Source: an uncultured Pseudomonadota bacterium (GTDB taxonomy: Bacteria; Pseudomonadota; Alphaproteobacteria; RF32; CAG-239). Taken from it: a stretch of DNA of 64,000 bases. Both the position numbers and the translations under genes were made by a program. The stretch is taken from the NCBI GenBank assembly GCA_949295915.1, contig CASFNB010000002.1, positions 45,729 through 109,728 of the forward strand. Reading direction: 5' to 3'. Positions 47,775 to 57,617 of this stretch are shown one piece after another (the first letter of the stretch is position 1; every line of letters starts with the position of its first letter). Under the pieces are notes generated by a model. It was not told the DNA's origin. It was given only the letters and a program-made list of their open reading frames with translations, and did no database searches.

Positions 47775-50411
47775 ATGACAACAACATTAAAAGATATTAG
47801 AAGTACATATTTAAATTTCTTCGCTAAGAACGGTCACAAGATTATTCCGTCATCATCTTTGGTGCCGGATAATGACCCAACCTTAATGTTCACCAACTCC
47901 GGTATGGTTCAGTTCAAGAACATCTTTACCGGTAATGAAGTCAGAGATTACAAACGAGCGACCACTTCCCAAAAATCAGTTCGTGCCGGCGGTAAACACA
48001 ATGACTTGGACAACGTCGGATATACCGTTCGTCACCACACATTTTTTGAAATGCTCGGCAACTTCTCTTTTGGCGACTATTTTAAAGATGAAGCCATTGC
48101 TTGGGCATGGGAATTGGTTACCAAAGAGTTCTGCTTACCTAAAGATAGATTGGCTGTTACCGTTTACCATACCGATGATGAAGCTCACGATATTTGGAAA
48201 AAAGTTTCAGGTTTGCCTGAAGATAGAATCATCCGCATTGCCACCAAAGACAATTTCTGGCAAATGGGCGATACCGGTCCATGCGGTCCCTGCTCCGAAA
48301 TTTTCTACGACCACGGTCCGGAAGTTTGGGGCGGTCTGCCCGGAACACCTGAAGAAGACGGCGATAGATGGATTGAAATCTGGAACTTGGTATTTGACCA
48401 ATTTGAAGACTTGCCGGACGGCTCTCGTATTCCGTTAAAGCACCCTTCAATTGATACCGGTATGGGTTTGGAACGTATCTCAGCCATTTTGCAAGGCGTT
48501 CACTCTAACTATGAGATTGACTTGTTCCAAAACTTAATCAAAGCTATTGCCGATATGGCAAACTCAGATCCGAACGGTCCTCTGAAAGCATCTCATAATG
48601 TCATTGCCGACCACTTACGTTCAACCTGCTTCTTAATTGCCGATGGTGTTATGCCCTCAAACGAAGGTCGTGGCTATGTTTTGCGCCGCATTATGAGAAG
48701 AGCCATGCGTCACCAATATTTGCTCGGCATGAAAGAACCGATGATGTATAAACTCTTGCCTGCTTTGCAAAAAGAAATGGGCGAAGCTTATCCTGAATTA
48801 TATCGCGCTCAAGAACTCATTACCGAAACTATCAAGGCTGAAGAATTGCGCTTCTTGAAAACCTTGGATAAAGGTATGCGCTTGCTTGAAGATGAAACCA
48901 AAGATTTGAAAGCCGGTGATGAATTGTCCGGCTCAACCGCATTCAAACTTTATGATACTTATGGTTTTCCGCTTGATTTGACTCAAGATGCTTTAAGAAA
49001 CAAAGACATGAAAGTTGATGTCAAAGGTTTTGATGACGCCATGGCCAAACAAAAAGCCGAAGCTCGTAAAAACTGGGCTGGTTCTGGTGATGCCGGAACC
49101 GAAAAAGTTTGGTTCGAAATTTTTGATAAAAACGGCGGTACCGAATTTTTGGGTTATAACACCTTAAAATCAGAATGCTTGGTAAACAACTTGGTTGTTG
49201 ACGGCAAAGAAGTTGAAACCGTCAATAACGGCGAATTTTATCTCGTTGCCAACCAAAGTCCGTTCTACGGCGAAATGGGTGGTCAAGTCGGCGATATCGG
49301 TAAAATTTATGGACCGAATTGTGAAATCGAAGTTTTAGATACCAAGAAAAAACTTCATGAACTCACCGTTCACGTTTGCAAAATGATTAAAGGTACGGTT
49401 AAAGTCGGTGATGCTTTGACTTTTGAAGTTGATGCCAAAAACCGCGCCGCCATTGCCGGAAACCACACCGTTACCCATATTTTGCACAAGGTTTTAAGAG
49501 ATATTTTGGGGACGCACGTTACTCAAAAAGGCTCATATGTGGCAGCCGACAGAATGCGTTTTGACATTTCTCACCACAAACAAATCTCTGATGCTGAGCT
49601 CCGTTTAGCTGAAGAAAGAGTAAATGAAATTATCAGAGAAAACCACCCTGTCATCACCCGCATCATGCGTCAAGAAGATGCTATCAAAGAAGGTGCAATG
49701 GCATTGTTTGGTGAAAAATACGGTGATGAAGTTCGCGTTGTTTCTGTTTGCGATAACGATAACGAACATTTCCTTTCAACCGAACTTTGCGGTGGTACAC
49801 ACGTAAAATCCACCGGAGATATCGGCTATTTCAAGATTGTTGCCGAATCAGCAATCGGTGCCGGTTTGCGCCGTGTTGAGTGCTTGACCGGTCGCGGTGC
49901 CGAACAATATGCCTTAGAAAATGAGCAACGCTTGCATCATATCGCTTCTATGCTCAAGTCTGATATGGCAAATATCGAAGGCAAAATTGCCCAGTTACAA
50001 GAAGAAAAGAAAAAACAAGAAGCCGAAATCTTTAATTTGAAAAAAGCTTTGGTAAGCAATAAAGCCGGCGGTAATAATAACGAGTTTGAAGAAATCAACG
50101 GCATCAAGTTTGTCGGCAAAGATTTGCAAGACGTTCAAGCCAAAGAATTAAAAGCTTTTGTTGATGAAATCAAAGACAAAATCGGTTCCGGCGTGATTGT
50201 ATTGGCAGCTAATAACGAAGGCAAAGCCTCTATTGTGGTAGGTGTTACCAATGATTTGACCGCCAAATATTCCGCTGTTGATTTGGTTCGCCTAGGTTCT
50301 GCCCAAGTCGGCGGACAAGGCGGCGGCGGACGTCCGGATATGGCTCAGGCCGGCGGTCCGGATGGAAGCAAGACTTCAGCCGCAATCGACGCCATCAAAA
50401 AAGCAATTTAA
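47775..50411 (+). CDS. alaS: Alanine--tRNA ligase
   Basis: Class II synthetase motifs (…[10 protein letters not shown]…), the editing-domain HxxxH/CxxxH region (…[10 protein letters not shown]…CGGTHV…), and a C-terminal DHHA1 domain ([13 protein letters not shown]). 878 aa. Confidence 0.97.
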   Translation: MTTTLKDIRSTYLNFFAKNGHKIIPSSSLVPDNDPTLMFTNSGMVQFKNIFTGNEVRDYKRATTSQKSVRAGGKHNDLDNVGYTVRHHTFFEMLGNFSFGDYFKDEAIAWAWELVTKEFCLPKDRLAVTVYHTDDEAHDIWKKVSGLPEDRIIRIATKDNFWQMGDTGPCGPCSEIFYDHGPEVWGGLPGTPEEDGDRWIEIWNLVFDQFEDLPDGSRIPLKHPSIDTGMGLERISAILQGVHSNYEIDLFQNLIKAIADMANSDPNGPLKASHNVIADHLRSTCFLIADGVMPSNEGRGYVLRRIMRRAMRHQYLLGMKEPMMYKLLPALQKEMGEAYPELYRAQELITETIKAEELRFLKTLDKGMRLLEDETKDLKAGDELSGSTAFKLYDTYGFPLDLTQDALRNKDMKVDVKGFDDAMAKQKAEARKNWAGSGDAGTEKVWFEIFDKNGGTEFLGYNTLKSECLVNNLVVDGKEVETVNNGEFYLVANQSPFYGEMGGQVGDIGKIYGPNCEIEVLDTKKKLHELTVHVCKMIKGTVKVGDALTFEVDAKNRAAIAGNHTVTHILHKVLRDILGTHVTQKGSYVAADRMRFDISHHKQISDAELRLAEERVNEIIRENHPVITRIMRQEDAIKEGAMALFGEKYGDEVRVVSVCDNDNEHFLSTELCGGTHVKSTGDIGYFKIVAESAIGAGLRRVECLTGRGAEQYALENEQRLHHIASMLKSDMANIEGKIAQLQEEKKKQEAEIFNLKKALVSNKAGGNNNEFEEINGIKFVGKDLQDVQAKELKAFVDEIKDKIGSGVIVLAANNEGKASIVVGVTNDLTAKYSAVDLVRLGSAQVGGQGGGGRPDMAQAGGPDGSKTSAAIDAIKKAI

Positions 50412-50424
50412 GACCTCAAGAAGT

Positions 50425-50460
50425 AAAAAATATCTCCGAAAATTTTCGGAGATATTTTTT
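50425..50460 (+). terminator. Rho-independent terminator after alaS
   Basis: 12-bp stem atatctccgaaa/tttcggagatat followed by T6. Confidence 0.8.
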
Positions 50461-50543
50461 GCAAAACAGGTATGTATAATTTTGCTTTTATGATTGCAAG
50501 TTAACGTCAATCAACGTAAAATAGCGGAAACAAAAACCTAAAG

Positions 50544-51299
50544 TTGCAAAAGAGAGCAAAAATGAACTCATTTTTAGTCAGAAGATTAGCCGTATTTTTT
50601 ATTTGCTTTATAAGCATCGAGCTTCTGGCTGCACTTTATCTGGCGATTGATAATTTTGATAACATGGATTGGACATTCAAAAACATAGTCCGAGACCTTG
50701 GTGTTTTGCAACTCACTTCTTTTGTTTCATTTCTGGTTATGATATTTCCTTACGTTGTATATCTGACCCTTCTTCCAAAAAAATATCAAAACAACAAATA
50801 TGATAAATTGATTACTTATGCCGTTTTTACAATTTTCACGTTTTTAAATATATTAGAAAACGTTTCTTCCATCATTTTCTGGGGAGAATTTAATATCTTA
50901 AAAAACACGGCTTCTGAAAAATATTTGGAAAAAGCAAGACAAATTTTGCTTGAAATTTATGCAGAATATCCATTAGCGCAACTTTTAAGCATTATTTTGG
51001 CATGTAGCCTCTTACTTTGCCTGATTTTAAGAAAATTTCTTTTTACCAAAATGGAAACACCTTCATTTGGACGTCGAATTTTTCATTTTATATTGTATCT
51101 CGCCGTTTGTTTTTTGGCTTTTATAAATATTGATATTGAAAAAATAAATAATCAGACTAACTCTTATAATAGCCGCATATCGGAAGACGGCACCTACAGC
51201 TTATTTAACAGCTTTATCAAAAAGAACACACGTCTGATGCTTTTAAGAGATAAATATAAAAACAAACAAACACGGGAACAAAAACCATATGATAATTAA
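50544..51299 (+). CDS. Hypothetical polytopic membrane protein
   Basis: About 6 TM helices and no recognisable motif. The start may be at 50562 (MNSFLV). It overlaps the downstream gene start by 11 nt. Confidence 0.5.
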   Translation: MQKRAKMNSFLVRRLAVFFICFISIELLAALYLAIDNFDNMDWTFKNIVRDLGVLQLTSFVSFLVMIFPYVVYLTLLPKKYQNNKYDKLITYAVFTIFTFLNILENVSSIIFWGEFNILKNTASEKYLEKARQILLEIYAEYPLAQLLSIILACSLLLCLILRKFLFTKMETPSFGRRIFHFILYLAVCFLAFINIDIEKINNQTNSYNSRISEDGTYSLFNSFIKKNTRLMLLRDKYKNKQTREQKPYDN

Positions 51300-52017
51300 C
51301 CGCTTCAAAGGTGCTCTGCAACGCTTCAATATAGAAAAAGTCATCCGTCTGCGTTCACGTTTTAAAGCCGCATCGCTAGAAAGAATTGAATATGTCAAAA
51401 GAAGAATTGACGCCGTTGACAAATCTTACAAAAAAGAAATATTCCGCAAAAGCATACATTTAAGTTCGCTTTGGATACCGACCTTGATATACTTTGTACA
51501 TCCGGGAATTTCCATTATTGTTTTTTCAGCTTTGTTTGTTGCTGATGCCGTTTTGGAATATGGTAACTATCAACGATGGAACTGGGCGCGAACAATTTTC
51601 GGTCGCTTATTCTTCAAGACCTTACGGCAAAAAGAAACCAAACGCATTTATTTTCAAACCAGCGGTTCACTCTATGTTTTGCTGGCCGCCATAGCTTGCA
51701 CTTTGCTCTTTTCTAAACCGATTGCCGTTATATCAATGACGGTTATGCTGATTTCGGATACTTTTGCCGCCTTGATTGGCAAAGCATATGGCACAAGGCG
51801 GATATATAAAAACAAGTCCATGGAAGGCACGACAGCCTTTTTTATGAGCAGCTTGTTTATCTGTATGCTGTTTGAACCAATGTTCCATTTCAGCTATGCT
51901 TCTGTCTTAGCTTGCCTCTTGGCAACTGCAGCAGAAGTATATGAAGATAAAACAGAAATTGACGATAACCTATCGATTCCGTTTTCAATCGGAATTATAT
52001 TGAGTTTACTTGGTTAA
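51289..52017 (+). CDS. CTP-transferase family 1 membrane protein (CdsA / dolichol-kinase-like)
   Basis: C-terminal motif ISDTFAALIGKAYGTRRIYKNKSMEGTTAFF resembles SDTxAYxxGxxxGKxKLxxxSPxKTxEG of PF01148. Confidence 0.6.
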   Translation: MIINRFKGALQRFNIEKVIRLRSRFKAASLERIEYVKRRIDAVDKSYKKEIFRKSIHLSSLWIPTLIYFVHPGISIIVFSALFVADAVLEYGNYQRWNWARTIFGRLFFKTLRQKETKRIYFQTSGSLYVLLAAIACTLLFSKPIAVISMTVMLISDTFAALIGKAYGTRRIYKNKSMEGTTAFFMSSLFICMLFEPMFHFSYASVLACLLATAAEVYEDKTEIDDNLSIPFSIGIILSLLG

Positions 52018-52019
52018 AA

Positions 52020-52484
52020 TCATCGACCGCTGGAACCGAAACCGCCCTCACCGCGATTTGTTTGCAAAGTATCAAATTCAGATTCGCTTACTTCTTCAAA
52101 CTTTGCCCGATACGGAAAAGGCAATTCGACTTGAGCAATTTTATCTCCCGGATTAATGACATAATCATCTTTACCGCTGTTCACGAGAATAATTTTCCAT
52201 TCTCCGCGATAATCGGTATCGATAATGCCGCCGATGGCAAAAATTCCTTGTTTAAGAGCCAAACCGCTGCGGGAATTGACACGGAACCAAAGCGGAAATT
52301 CAGGAGCTGTTTTCACGGCAGTCGGAAATCCGAAACGCTCTCCGGCTTTCAAGACATAAGGCTCGGAAAGAGCCGCACAAATATCAAAACAAGCCGCTCC
52401 ATCGGTTGCATAAGTCAAATTTACGGAATTTTCCACATAATGAGGCAATTTTACAAATTTTATCGGTGAATAAACATAATTTAT
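52020..52484 (-). CDS. dut: dUTP diphosphatase
   Basis: Motif III GIIDTDYRGEWKIILVN and C-terminal motif V RGEGGFGSSGR. Start chosen at MINYVYSP, 155 aa. The longer ORF adds a hydrophobic non-Dut N-terminus. Confidence 0.85.
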   Translation of the reverse strand: MNYVYSPIKFVKLPHYVENSVNLTYATDGAACFDICAALSEPYVLKAGERFGFPTAVKTAPEFPLWFRVNSRSGLALKQGIFAIGGIIDTDYRGEWKIILVNSGKDDYVINPGDKIAQVELPFPYRAKFEEVSESEFDTLQTNRGEGGFGSSGR

Positions 52485-52551
52485 CATACAAATCTCCTTT
52501 TTTTCTAGTAATGTAAAAGAAATAATTTTTTTTGCAAGAGGAACAAGAATA

Positions 52552-53202
52552 ATGGTAAAATTAGTTGAGCCGAAAGTTGAGATTATCACCCCGATAGACG
52601 GAGATTACATTTTAAAGCATTTAGAACTTTGCGCAAGAAACTGTTATAAAAGTGAAGATAAAATCACGACAAATTCCGCCAAAGCCATGATAAAAAAGTT
52701 GCTTGAAATGGGACATGAGGCAATGATTGAGCATTTTTCCATTACGGTTAAACTGACCACGGATGTTGGCGCTTATAAAGATTTAACCCGCCACCGTATG
52801 GCCAGTTTTGCCATAGAGAGCACGCGTTTTTGCAACTATTCCAAAGGTAAATACGGCAATGAACTGACCTTTATGCGTCCGAGCAACATGGAAGAAGGTT
52901 CAGAGATTTATAACATCTGGTATAAAACCATGGAAATGATAGAAAAGTCATATTTAGAAATGGCAGCCATTGGCGCCAAAGCCGACCAATTAAGAATGAT
53001 GCTGCCACACTCCACCAAAGCCGATGTGATTATGACCGCCAACATCAGAGAGTGGAGACACATTTTCAAGCTTCGTTGTGCTCCGGCGGCACATCCCAGT
53101 GTTCAAGAAATTATGCTTTTGTTGCTCAAAGAATTTCGCCAAAAAATTCCGGTATTGTTTGATGATATTCCTTATGGTATAGAAGAACAAAAAGCCGCAT
53201 AG
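52552..53202 (+). CDS. thyX: FAD-dependent thymidylate synthase
   Basis: ThyX signature RHRMASFAIESTRF (RHRxxSxxxxSxR). Confidence 0.9.
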   Translation: MVKLVEPKVEIITPIDGDYILKHLELCARNCYKSEDKITTNSAKAMIKKLLEMGHEAMIEHFSITVKLTTDVGAYKDLTRHRMASFAIESTRFCNYSKGKYGNELTFMRPSNMEEGSEIYNIWYKTMEMIEKSYLEMAAIGAKADQLRMMLPHSTKADVIMTANIREWRHIFKLRCAPAAHPSVQEIMLLLLKEFRQKIPVLFDDIPYGIEEQKAA

Positions 53203-53210
53203 AAAGAAAT

Positions 53211-53244
53211 AAAACCCTTAAGAAAAAAAAATCTTAAGGGTTTT
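53211..53244. terminator. Bidirectional rho-independent terminator
   Basis: 12-bp stem aaacccttaaga/tcttaagggttt with an A/T loop and T-tracts on both strands. It lies between thyX (+) and the 53278..53916 gene (-). Confidence 0.75.
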
Positions 53245-53277
53245 ATTCTTGGAGTTTATAACTTTATATTAGAAAAT

Positions 53278-53916
53278 TTAGTGAGTTCTCTCTAAGCGAT
53301 GCTTAATATTTTTTGCTCCTTGCAGAGACATCGACGCGGACAACTGAGAACCATGATTATCCGACCGAGCTTCGTAACCTGAAACATAGCACTTAAAGAT
53401 AGATTTTGCTACATTCCAAGCATTATCGAACTTTTTATATAAAAACTTTTTCCATACAGACTTTTTCAAGGCAATGAGTTTTTGATGATGGTACCAAGCC
53501 ACTTCGGCATTCATCTGTTTAACCTCGGGATATGGTTGAAAATCGCGACCATTATTCCTAAAGATAAAAGACAAATCATGAATATCTTGTTTGCCTACGG
53601 AAGGCTTTTTTTGCCGATAATCATGAGCAATATTAAGCATGCGTCTGCGAGCATGGGCATTCAATCTCACCAAAGCTCTTGCCACACGTTTTTCATCTTC
53701 ACTCATTTCTGAAATATCACGTAATTTTTTGCGATTAGGTGCATTCAAAAACTCAATAAATTCTTCATTACTTAAATTATACATACCGTATAATTCAGCT
53801 TTCAACTGCACCAAATCTTGTATAGAAAGAGAGCTGAGTTTTTTGCTGTTCTCAGCACACAACACCGCCTGTTCTGTTAAAGCGTTCAGGCAAAATTTAT
53901 GATATTGCACTTTCAT
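53278..53916 (-). CDS. Hypothetical protein (212 aa), no recognisable domain
   Basis: ORF with no signal peptide or TM. Basic and helical. Confidence 0.45.
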   Translation of the reverse strand: MKVQYHKFCLNALTEQAVLCAENSKKLSSLSIQDLVQLKAELYGMYNLSNEEFIEFLNAPNRKKLRDISEMSEDEKRVARALVRLNAHARRRMLNIAHDYRQKKPSVGKQDIHDLSFIFRNNGRDFQPYPEVKQMNAEVAWYHHQKLIALKKSVWKKFLYKKFDNAWNVAKSIFKCYVSGYEARSDNHGSQLSASMSLQGAKNIKHRLERTH

Positions 53917-54002
53917 AATGCTCTCTTAAAAATACATTGATTATATGATTTAATTTCTGCACGAAGTCGGCATGATATTCAGATTTCAAATAAAGTCAAG
54001 AC

Positions 54003-54566
54003 CTAATTTTGCATCAATGTCAAAATTTTTTTCATCACGGATTGGTCAACAAAATCCCCGCGCTTGATAAGCATCCGACGAGTTACCACATCCACTTGAT
54101 TTTCAGTCACTTTTATATATTTTTTATCTAAAATCGGCATACATGGAGTAATATCAATTTTATCCCCTTTAAGGTTGGATAAAACTTCACCGTCATAAAC
54201 ACAATCGACCACAATGTCGGGTAAAAGTTTGGCCCCGCTTGTTAGAAAAGCCTCATAAACTTTAGCCCCGCCGGCAATATATAAATCCGCCGGAAATTCT
54301 TTAAAATCACGCACATCATCCACCACAAAATGATTCGTTTTATCTGAAACTTTGTAAGTATAATCAGAAGTCAAAATATATATTTTGCAATTTGGAAGCG
54401 TCCGATTCGGTAATGCCTCATAAGTCAAACGCCCCATCACAACATTACAACCTTCAACCACACGGATAAAAAACTCAGAATCGGACTTTATCTGCCATGG
54501 AATATTTTTCCCGACGGCAATCAAATTATCCTCTGCGTGACGACACCAAATGGCAACTTTAGTCAT
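54003..54566 (-). CDS. Dihydrofolate reductase-like protein with a C-terminal extension
   Basis: N-terminal DHFR signature …IAVGKNIPWQIKSDSEFFIRVVEGCNVVMGRLTYEALP… (compare IGxxxxxPWxLPxDLxxFKxxTxGxxxIMGRKTxES). About 25 aa longer than canonical FolA. Confidence 0.6.
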   Translation of the reverse strand: MTKVAIWCRHAEDNLIAVGKNIPWQIKSDSEFFIRVVEGCNVVMGRLTYEALPNRTLPNCKIYILTSDYTYKVSDKTNHFVVDDVRDFKEFPADLYIAGGAKVYEAFLTSGAKLLPDIVVDCVYDGEVLSNLKGDKIDITPCMPILDKKYIKVTENQVDVVTRRMLIKRGDFVDQSVMKKILTLMQN

Positions 54567-54609
54567 ATTTTTTCTCCTTTAAGAGGAGAATAACAAATAA
54601 ATATAAAAA

Positions 54610-54637
54610 AAGGCTGAAGAAAGATTCCTCAGCCTCA
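54610..54637 (-). terminator. Rho-independent terminator
   Basis: Stem aggctga/tcagcct with a T-tract on the minus strand. Confidence 0.55.
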
Positions 54638-54644
54638 AAAAAAT

Positions 54645-55517
54645 TTAGAAAAAAGATTTAACAAACCGCCAAAGTTTGAAATGCTTTAAAAGCACCAGAT
54701 GTCGGTGACCACGCATCAATTCATCCCATTGCTGAGCGGTTTCTGCATCTCTCATCGGTTTGATTGTTCCCGATTGCAAATACTCGTCCCAATCGATTTT
54801 ATCCCAAAGTTTAGCTTCCGCCAGAACATAATAGCGTTTATTTTTCTGTAAATACTCAATTCCTTCAGGAAATTTGGTCAAATACATCACATTTTGTGTG
54901 GCAATCATTTCAAACTTTTTATGCTTCACCAAAAAATCAAGCAAATTTTGATTGGTCGTATTTCTAAGTATATTGTAGTTTGCTTGAACAATATTCCACA
55001 AGCCTTTTTCTGCCAAATAATCAAGTGCAGCATTATCCTCAGGATTAATATGTCCATACTTCTTAAAATATTCATCAAACAATTGGTGTTTATACAAACC
55101 TTCAGGAGACATTTTATCATACTGTTCATGCTTAAACAAAATGTCATCAGCTTCTCGACGAGCCAATTCATCCCAATATTCATACTTTTCCAAACTTTCT
55201 AATGAAAAATATTGAAACAAATCAGGATCATAGTCAAATTTTGCAATAATAAATTCTTCTGTCTTTTCTTGCCCGATAAAGCCGCATAACCAATCAAACA
55301 AAAGTTTGGCGTCGTAATAATATTTGCAAGATTTAAGACAATCCAAAATCTGTTCGGAAGAATATCCGCCAATAAACAAGGTTTCAAGTGCATTCGTTGT
55401 CAAAATATAGCCATCGGCAAGCATTTTTGAAACAACAGTAACACCATATTTTTCTGCAGCCCAAAGAAGCAGTTGTTCTTGATCAGCAAGACTGTCAATC
55501 ATTTTTTCTCTGTTCAT
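54645..55517 (-). CDS. Hypothetical protein (290 aa), no recognisable domain
   Basis: ORF rich in W, Y, E and D. No signal peptide. Confidence 0.45.
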   Translation of the reverse strand: MNREKMIDSLADQEQLLLWAAEKYGVTVVSKMLADGYILTTNALETLFIGGYSSEQILDCLKSCKYYYDAKLLFDWLCGFIGQEKTEEFIIAKFDYDPDLFQYFSLESLEKYEYWDELARREADDILFKHEQYDKMSPEGLYKHQLFDEYFKKYGHINPEDNAALDYLAEKGLWNIVQANYNILRNTTNQNLLDFLVKHKKFEMIATQNVMYLTKFPEGIEYLQKNKRYYVLAEAKLWDKIDWDEYLQSGTIKPMRDAETAQQWDELMRGHRHLVLLKHFKLWRFVKSFF

Positions 55518-55598
55518 AGTAATAAAATTTAGAATTAATAATCAAATAATTGCATTTGAGAATAACAATAAATATTGTTTTGTCAAGAAAGATAAGGC

Positions 55599-55627
55599 TT
55601 GCAAAGTAGTCAAATATCACCTATATT
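55599..55627 (+). promoter_or_regulatory. Sigma-70-type promoter candidate for ssrA
   Basis: TTGCAA, a 17-nt spacer, then TATATT, about 6 nt upstream of the proposed tmRNA start. Confidence 0.5.
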
Positions 55628-55633
55628 AAGACT

Positions 55634-55956
55634 TGCTGAGTTTCTCGGCTATGGTACTAGAGGCTGTATGAAATAGGTTTTCAAGACCCGGGGGCGGTAC
55701 CCGGCACCTCCACCAAAAAAATGGTTACAATCTTTTGGGGGTGAAACAGGCTTGATTGGGAACAGTAAAGATATGTATGTCGTACCCGGTGAGATACCAC
55801 CGTTATCGGTTCAACTTAAATGAATGCTAACGATAATAACGTAGCTCCTGTTGCAATGGCTGCTTAATTTGTAGTCGCAACAAAATGAAATTCTTTTAAC
55901 TATGGATAGTTGAAAGTGGGGTATGGGCCACCCAGCAACAGAACGGCCCTTTTCTC
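55634..55956 (+). ncRNA. ssrA: Circularly permuted (two-piece) tmRNA: acceptor piece about 55634..55715, coding piece about 55737..55955
   Basis: Tag reading frame gct aac gat aat aac gta gct cct gtt gca atg gct gct taa, which gives ANDNNVAPVAMAA* at 55826..55867. The 3' acceptor strand CACCTCC-A-CCA ends at 55715. Twenty-one nt later GGGGGTG pairs with it and gives a G3·U70 wobble, the Ala identity element. A terminal hairpin gggcc…ggccc plus T-tract sits at 55924..55955. sspB is immediately downstream. Confidence 0.8.
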
Positions 55957-55979
55957 TTAACCCAAAGCAAGGTGCAAAG

Positions 55980-56456
55980 ATGGAAGAATTTTTAACAGAA
56001 ATAAACTATGATAAATTGATTGAAAAATCTCTGAAAAATGTTGTAATTGAAGCGCTCAAAATTGCCGAGAGACAAGGTTTGCCGGGAGAAAATCATTTTT
56101 ATATCACCTTCAAAACCAACCATCCTCGCACCCAAATTTCCGACTATCTCAAGAGTCAATATCCCGAAGAAATGACCATTGTGCTTCAGCATCAATTTGC
56201 CAACTTGCGTGTAGAAAACAATTGCTTTTCGGTAGATTTGAGCTTCGGCGGTATTCAACAGAATTTAAGCATTCCGTTTGAAGCCATTACCTATTTTGCC
56301 GACCCTTATGCCAAGTTTGGCTTAAGCTTTGCAACCGGCGAAGAAACAAATTCTGCCAATGAAATTTCTGCTTCTGCGGAAGAAGAAAAAGAGAAAAAAG
56401 TTTCCGGTTCGGCAACGGTTGTTTCCATTGATGCCTTTCGCAAAAAAAATAAATGA
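55980..56456 (+). CDS. sspB: ClpXP adaptor SspB (alpha-proteobacterial type)
   Basis: …LPGENHFYITFKTNHPRTQISDYLKSQYPEEMTIVLQHQFANLRVENNCFSV… closely parallels Caulobacter SspBα (…LPGDHHFYITFRT…YPEEMTIVLQHQFWDL…). Start chosen at MEEFLTE. Confidence 0.8.
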   Translation: MEEFLTEINYDKLIEKSLKNVVIEALKIAERQGLPGENHFYITFKTNHPRTQISDYLKSQYPEEMTIVLQHQFANLRVENNCFSVDLSFGGIQQNLSIPFEAITYFADPYAKFGLSFATGEETNSANEISASAEEEKEKKVSGSATVVSIDAFRKKNK

Positions 56457-56668
56457 AAAAAATTTCCGTAATAATCGCCGGCAGACACCAAACCAGCATT
56501 TCTTTGGAAGAAGAATTTTGGTTTGAGCTGCAAAAAATTGCCAAAGAAAAAAAACTAACAATCAACCAGATAGTAACAGAAATTGATTCTTTACGTAAGC
56601 ACGAAAATTTATCAAGTGCCATTCGGATATACATTTTGAAACATTTAAAAGAAAAAAAACAGAACTAA
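56453..56668 (+). CDS. Ribbon-helix-helix domain protein (71 aa)
   Basis: …HQTSISLEEEFWFELQKIAKEKKLTINQIV…LSSAIRIYIL… matches the RHH_4-type small proteins common in alphaproteobacteria. Its start overlaps the sspB stop. Confidence 0.55.
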   Translation: MKKISVIIAGRHQTSISLEEEFWFELQKIAKEKKLTINQIVTEIDSLRKHENLSSAIRIYILKHLKEKKQN

Positions 56669-56693
56669 TAACATAGCTCTGTTTTTTTCTGTT

Positions 56694-57503
56694 CTATTCA
56701 AAATCTAAACACTCAATAACATCTTTCACGGCACCAAATAAAATCAAAAGATTTTCAGCCTCAAGCAAATGATCCTCAGATTTAATATTGTTTGTATCAC
56801 CGTAAAGATCATTCAAGACTAACACATCAACACAATAACAGCAATGCAAATATTCATATATATTATGAAAATAATCCCGAGCCAGTGTAGCATAGTCAAT
56901 TTCATCATACATCAAATATTGCGTCTTATACAAATACCGTGCAACTGATATTGGTTTATCTGCAGTATCTGCCGTACATCTTTCAGAAGCAATTTTCTTC
57001 CAAAATAGATGCAATATGTTCAAAACATCTTTTCTATCAGAAAAACGAGTTTCAATTACTTTCCAATAGAGATCCAAAAGCAAAGGTCCTGCATTTGTTC
57101 CGGAAAATGATTTAATAAGATCTTCCAGTTTCTGCTTAAACAATAATTCTCTTTGAGAATATGAAGCAAAAAAGTTTTTTAACACTAAAGGAATATCTTT
57201 ATGTTCCAAAATGATGTTATTATCAATACCTTCTTGCCAGATAAATGTCTTCCATCCGCGATCAAAATAAGGTAAAACTTTAATAACATAGTTGGAAGAA
57301 TATTTTTTCCCCAAAAGCAATCTAAAGAACCAATTATATTTTTTTAGCAGAGGCACAACCTCATTGAGTGGCAAATTTTTACAAACAAAAACGTCCTCTT
57401 GATTAGACACCAACAAATGACAGCTATCATCAGTACATCTAACATACTTAACAACATTAAACTCTTTTCTGTCTGTAAATTTACAAATCAAACTCTTTTC
57501 CAT
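56694..57503 (-). CDS. Hypothetical protein (269 aa), no recognisable domain
   Basis: ORF rich in Cys, Tyr and Leu. No signal peptide. Confidence 0.45.
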   Translation of the reverse strand: MEKSLICKFTDRKEFNVVKYVRCTDDSCHLLVSNQEDVFVCKNLPLNEVVPLLKKYNWFFRLLLGKKYSSNYVIKVLPYFDRGWKTFIWQEGIDNNIILEHKDIPLVLKNFFASYSQRELLFKQKLEDLIKSFSGTNAGPLLLDLYWKVIETRFSDRKDVLNILHLFWKKIASERCTADTADKPISVARYLYKTQYLMYDEIDYATLARDYFHNIYEYLHCCYCVDVLVLNDLYGDTNNIKSEDHLLEAENLLILFGAVKDVIECLDFE

Positions 57504-57585
57504 AACATTTAATTTAACTTAATAATTATACAAAAAATAAAAAATTACAAATTATTTAACATAAAAAAAACAAAGCTTCAAGCAT

Positions 57586-57612
57586 AAAAAAAAGGCCTTC
57601 AAAAGAAGGCCT
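57586..57612 (-). terminator. Rho-independent terminator
   Basis: Stem aggccttc/gaaggcct followed by T8 on the minus strand. Confidence 0.7.
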
Positions 57613-57617
57613 AAATA

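Noticed and set aside
52020-52589. Longer 189-aa version of dut
   Set aside because: The additional N-terminus is hydrophobic and non-homologous. The internal Met start gives a standard 155-aa dUTPase and avoids running into the thyX promoter region.
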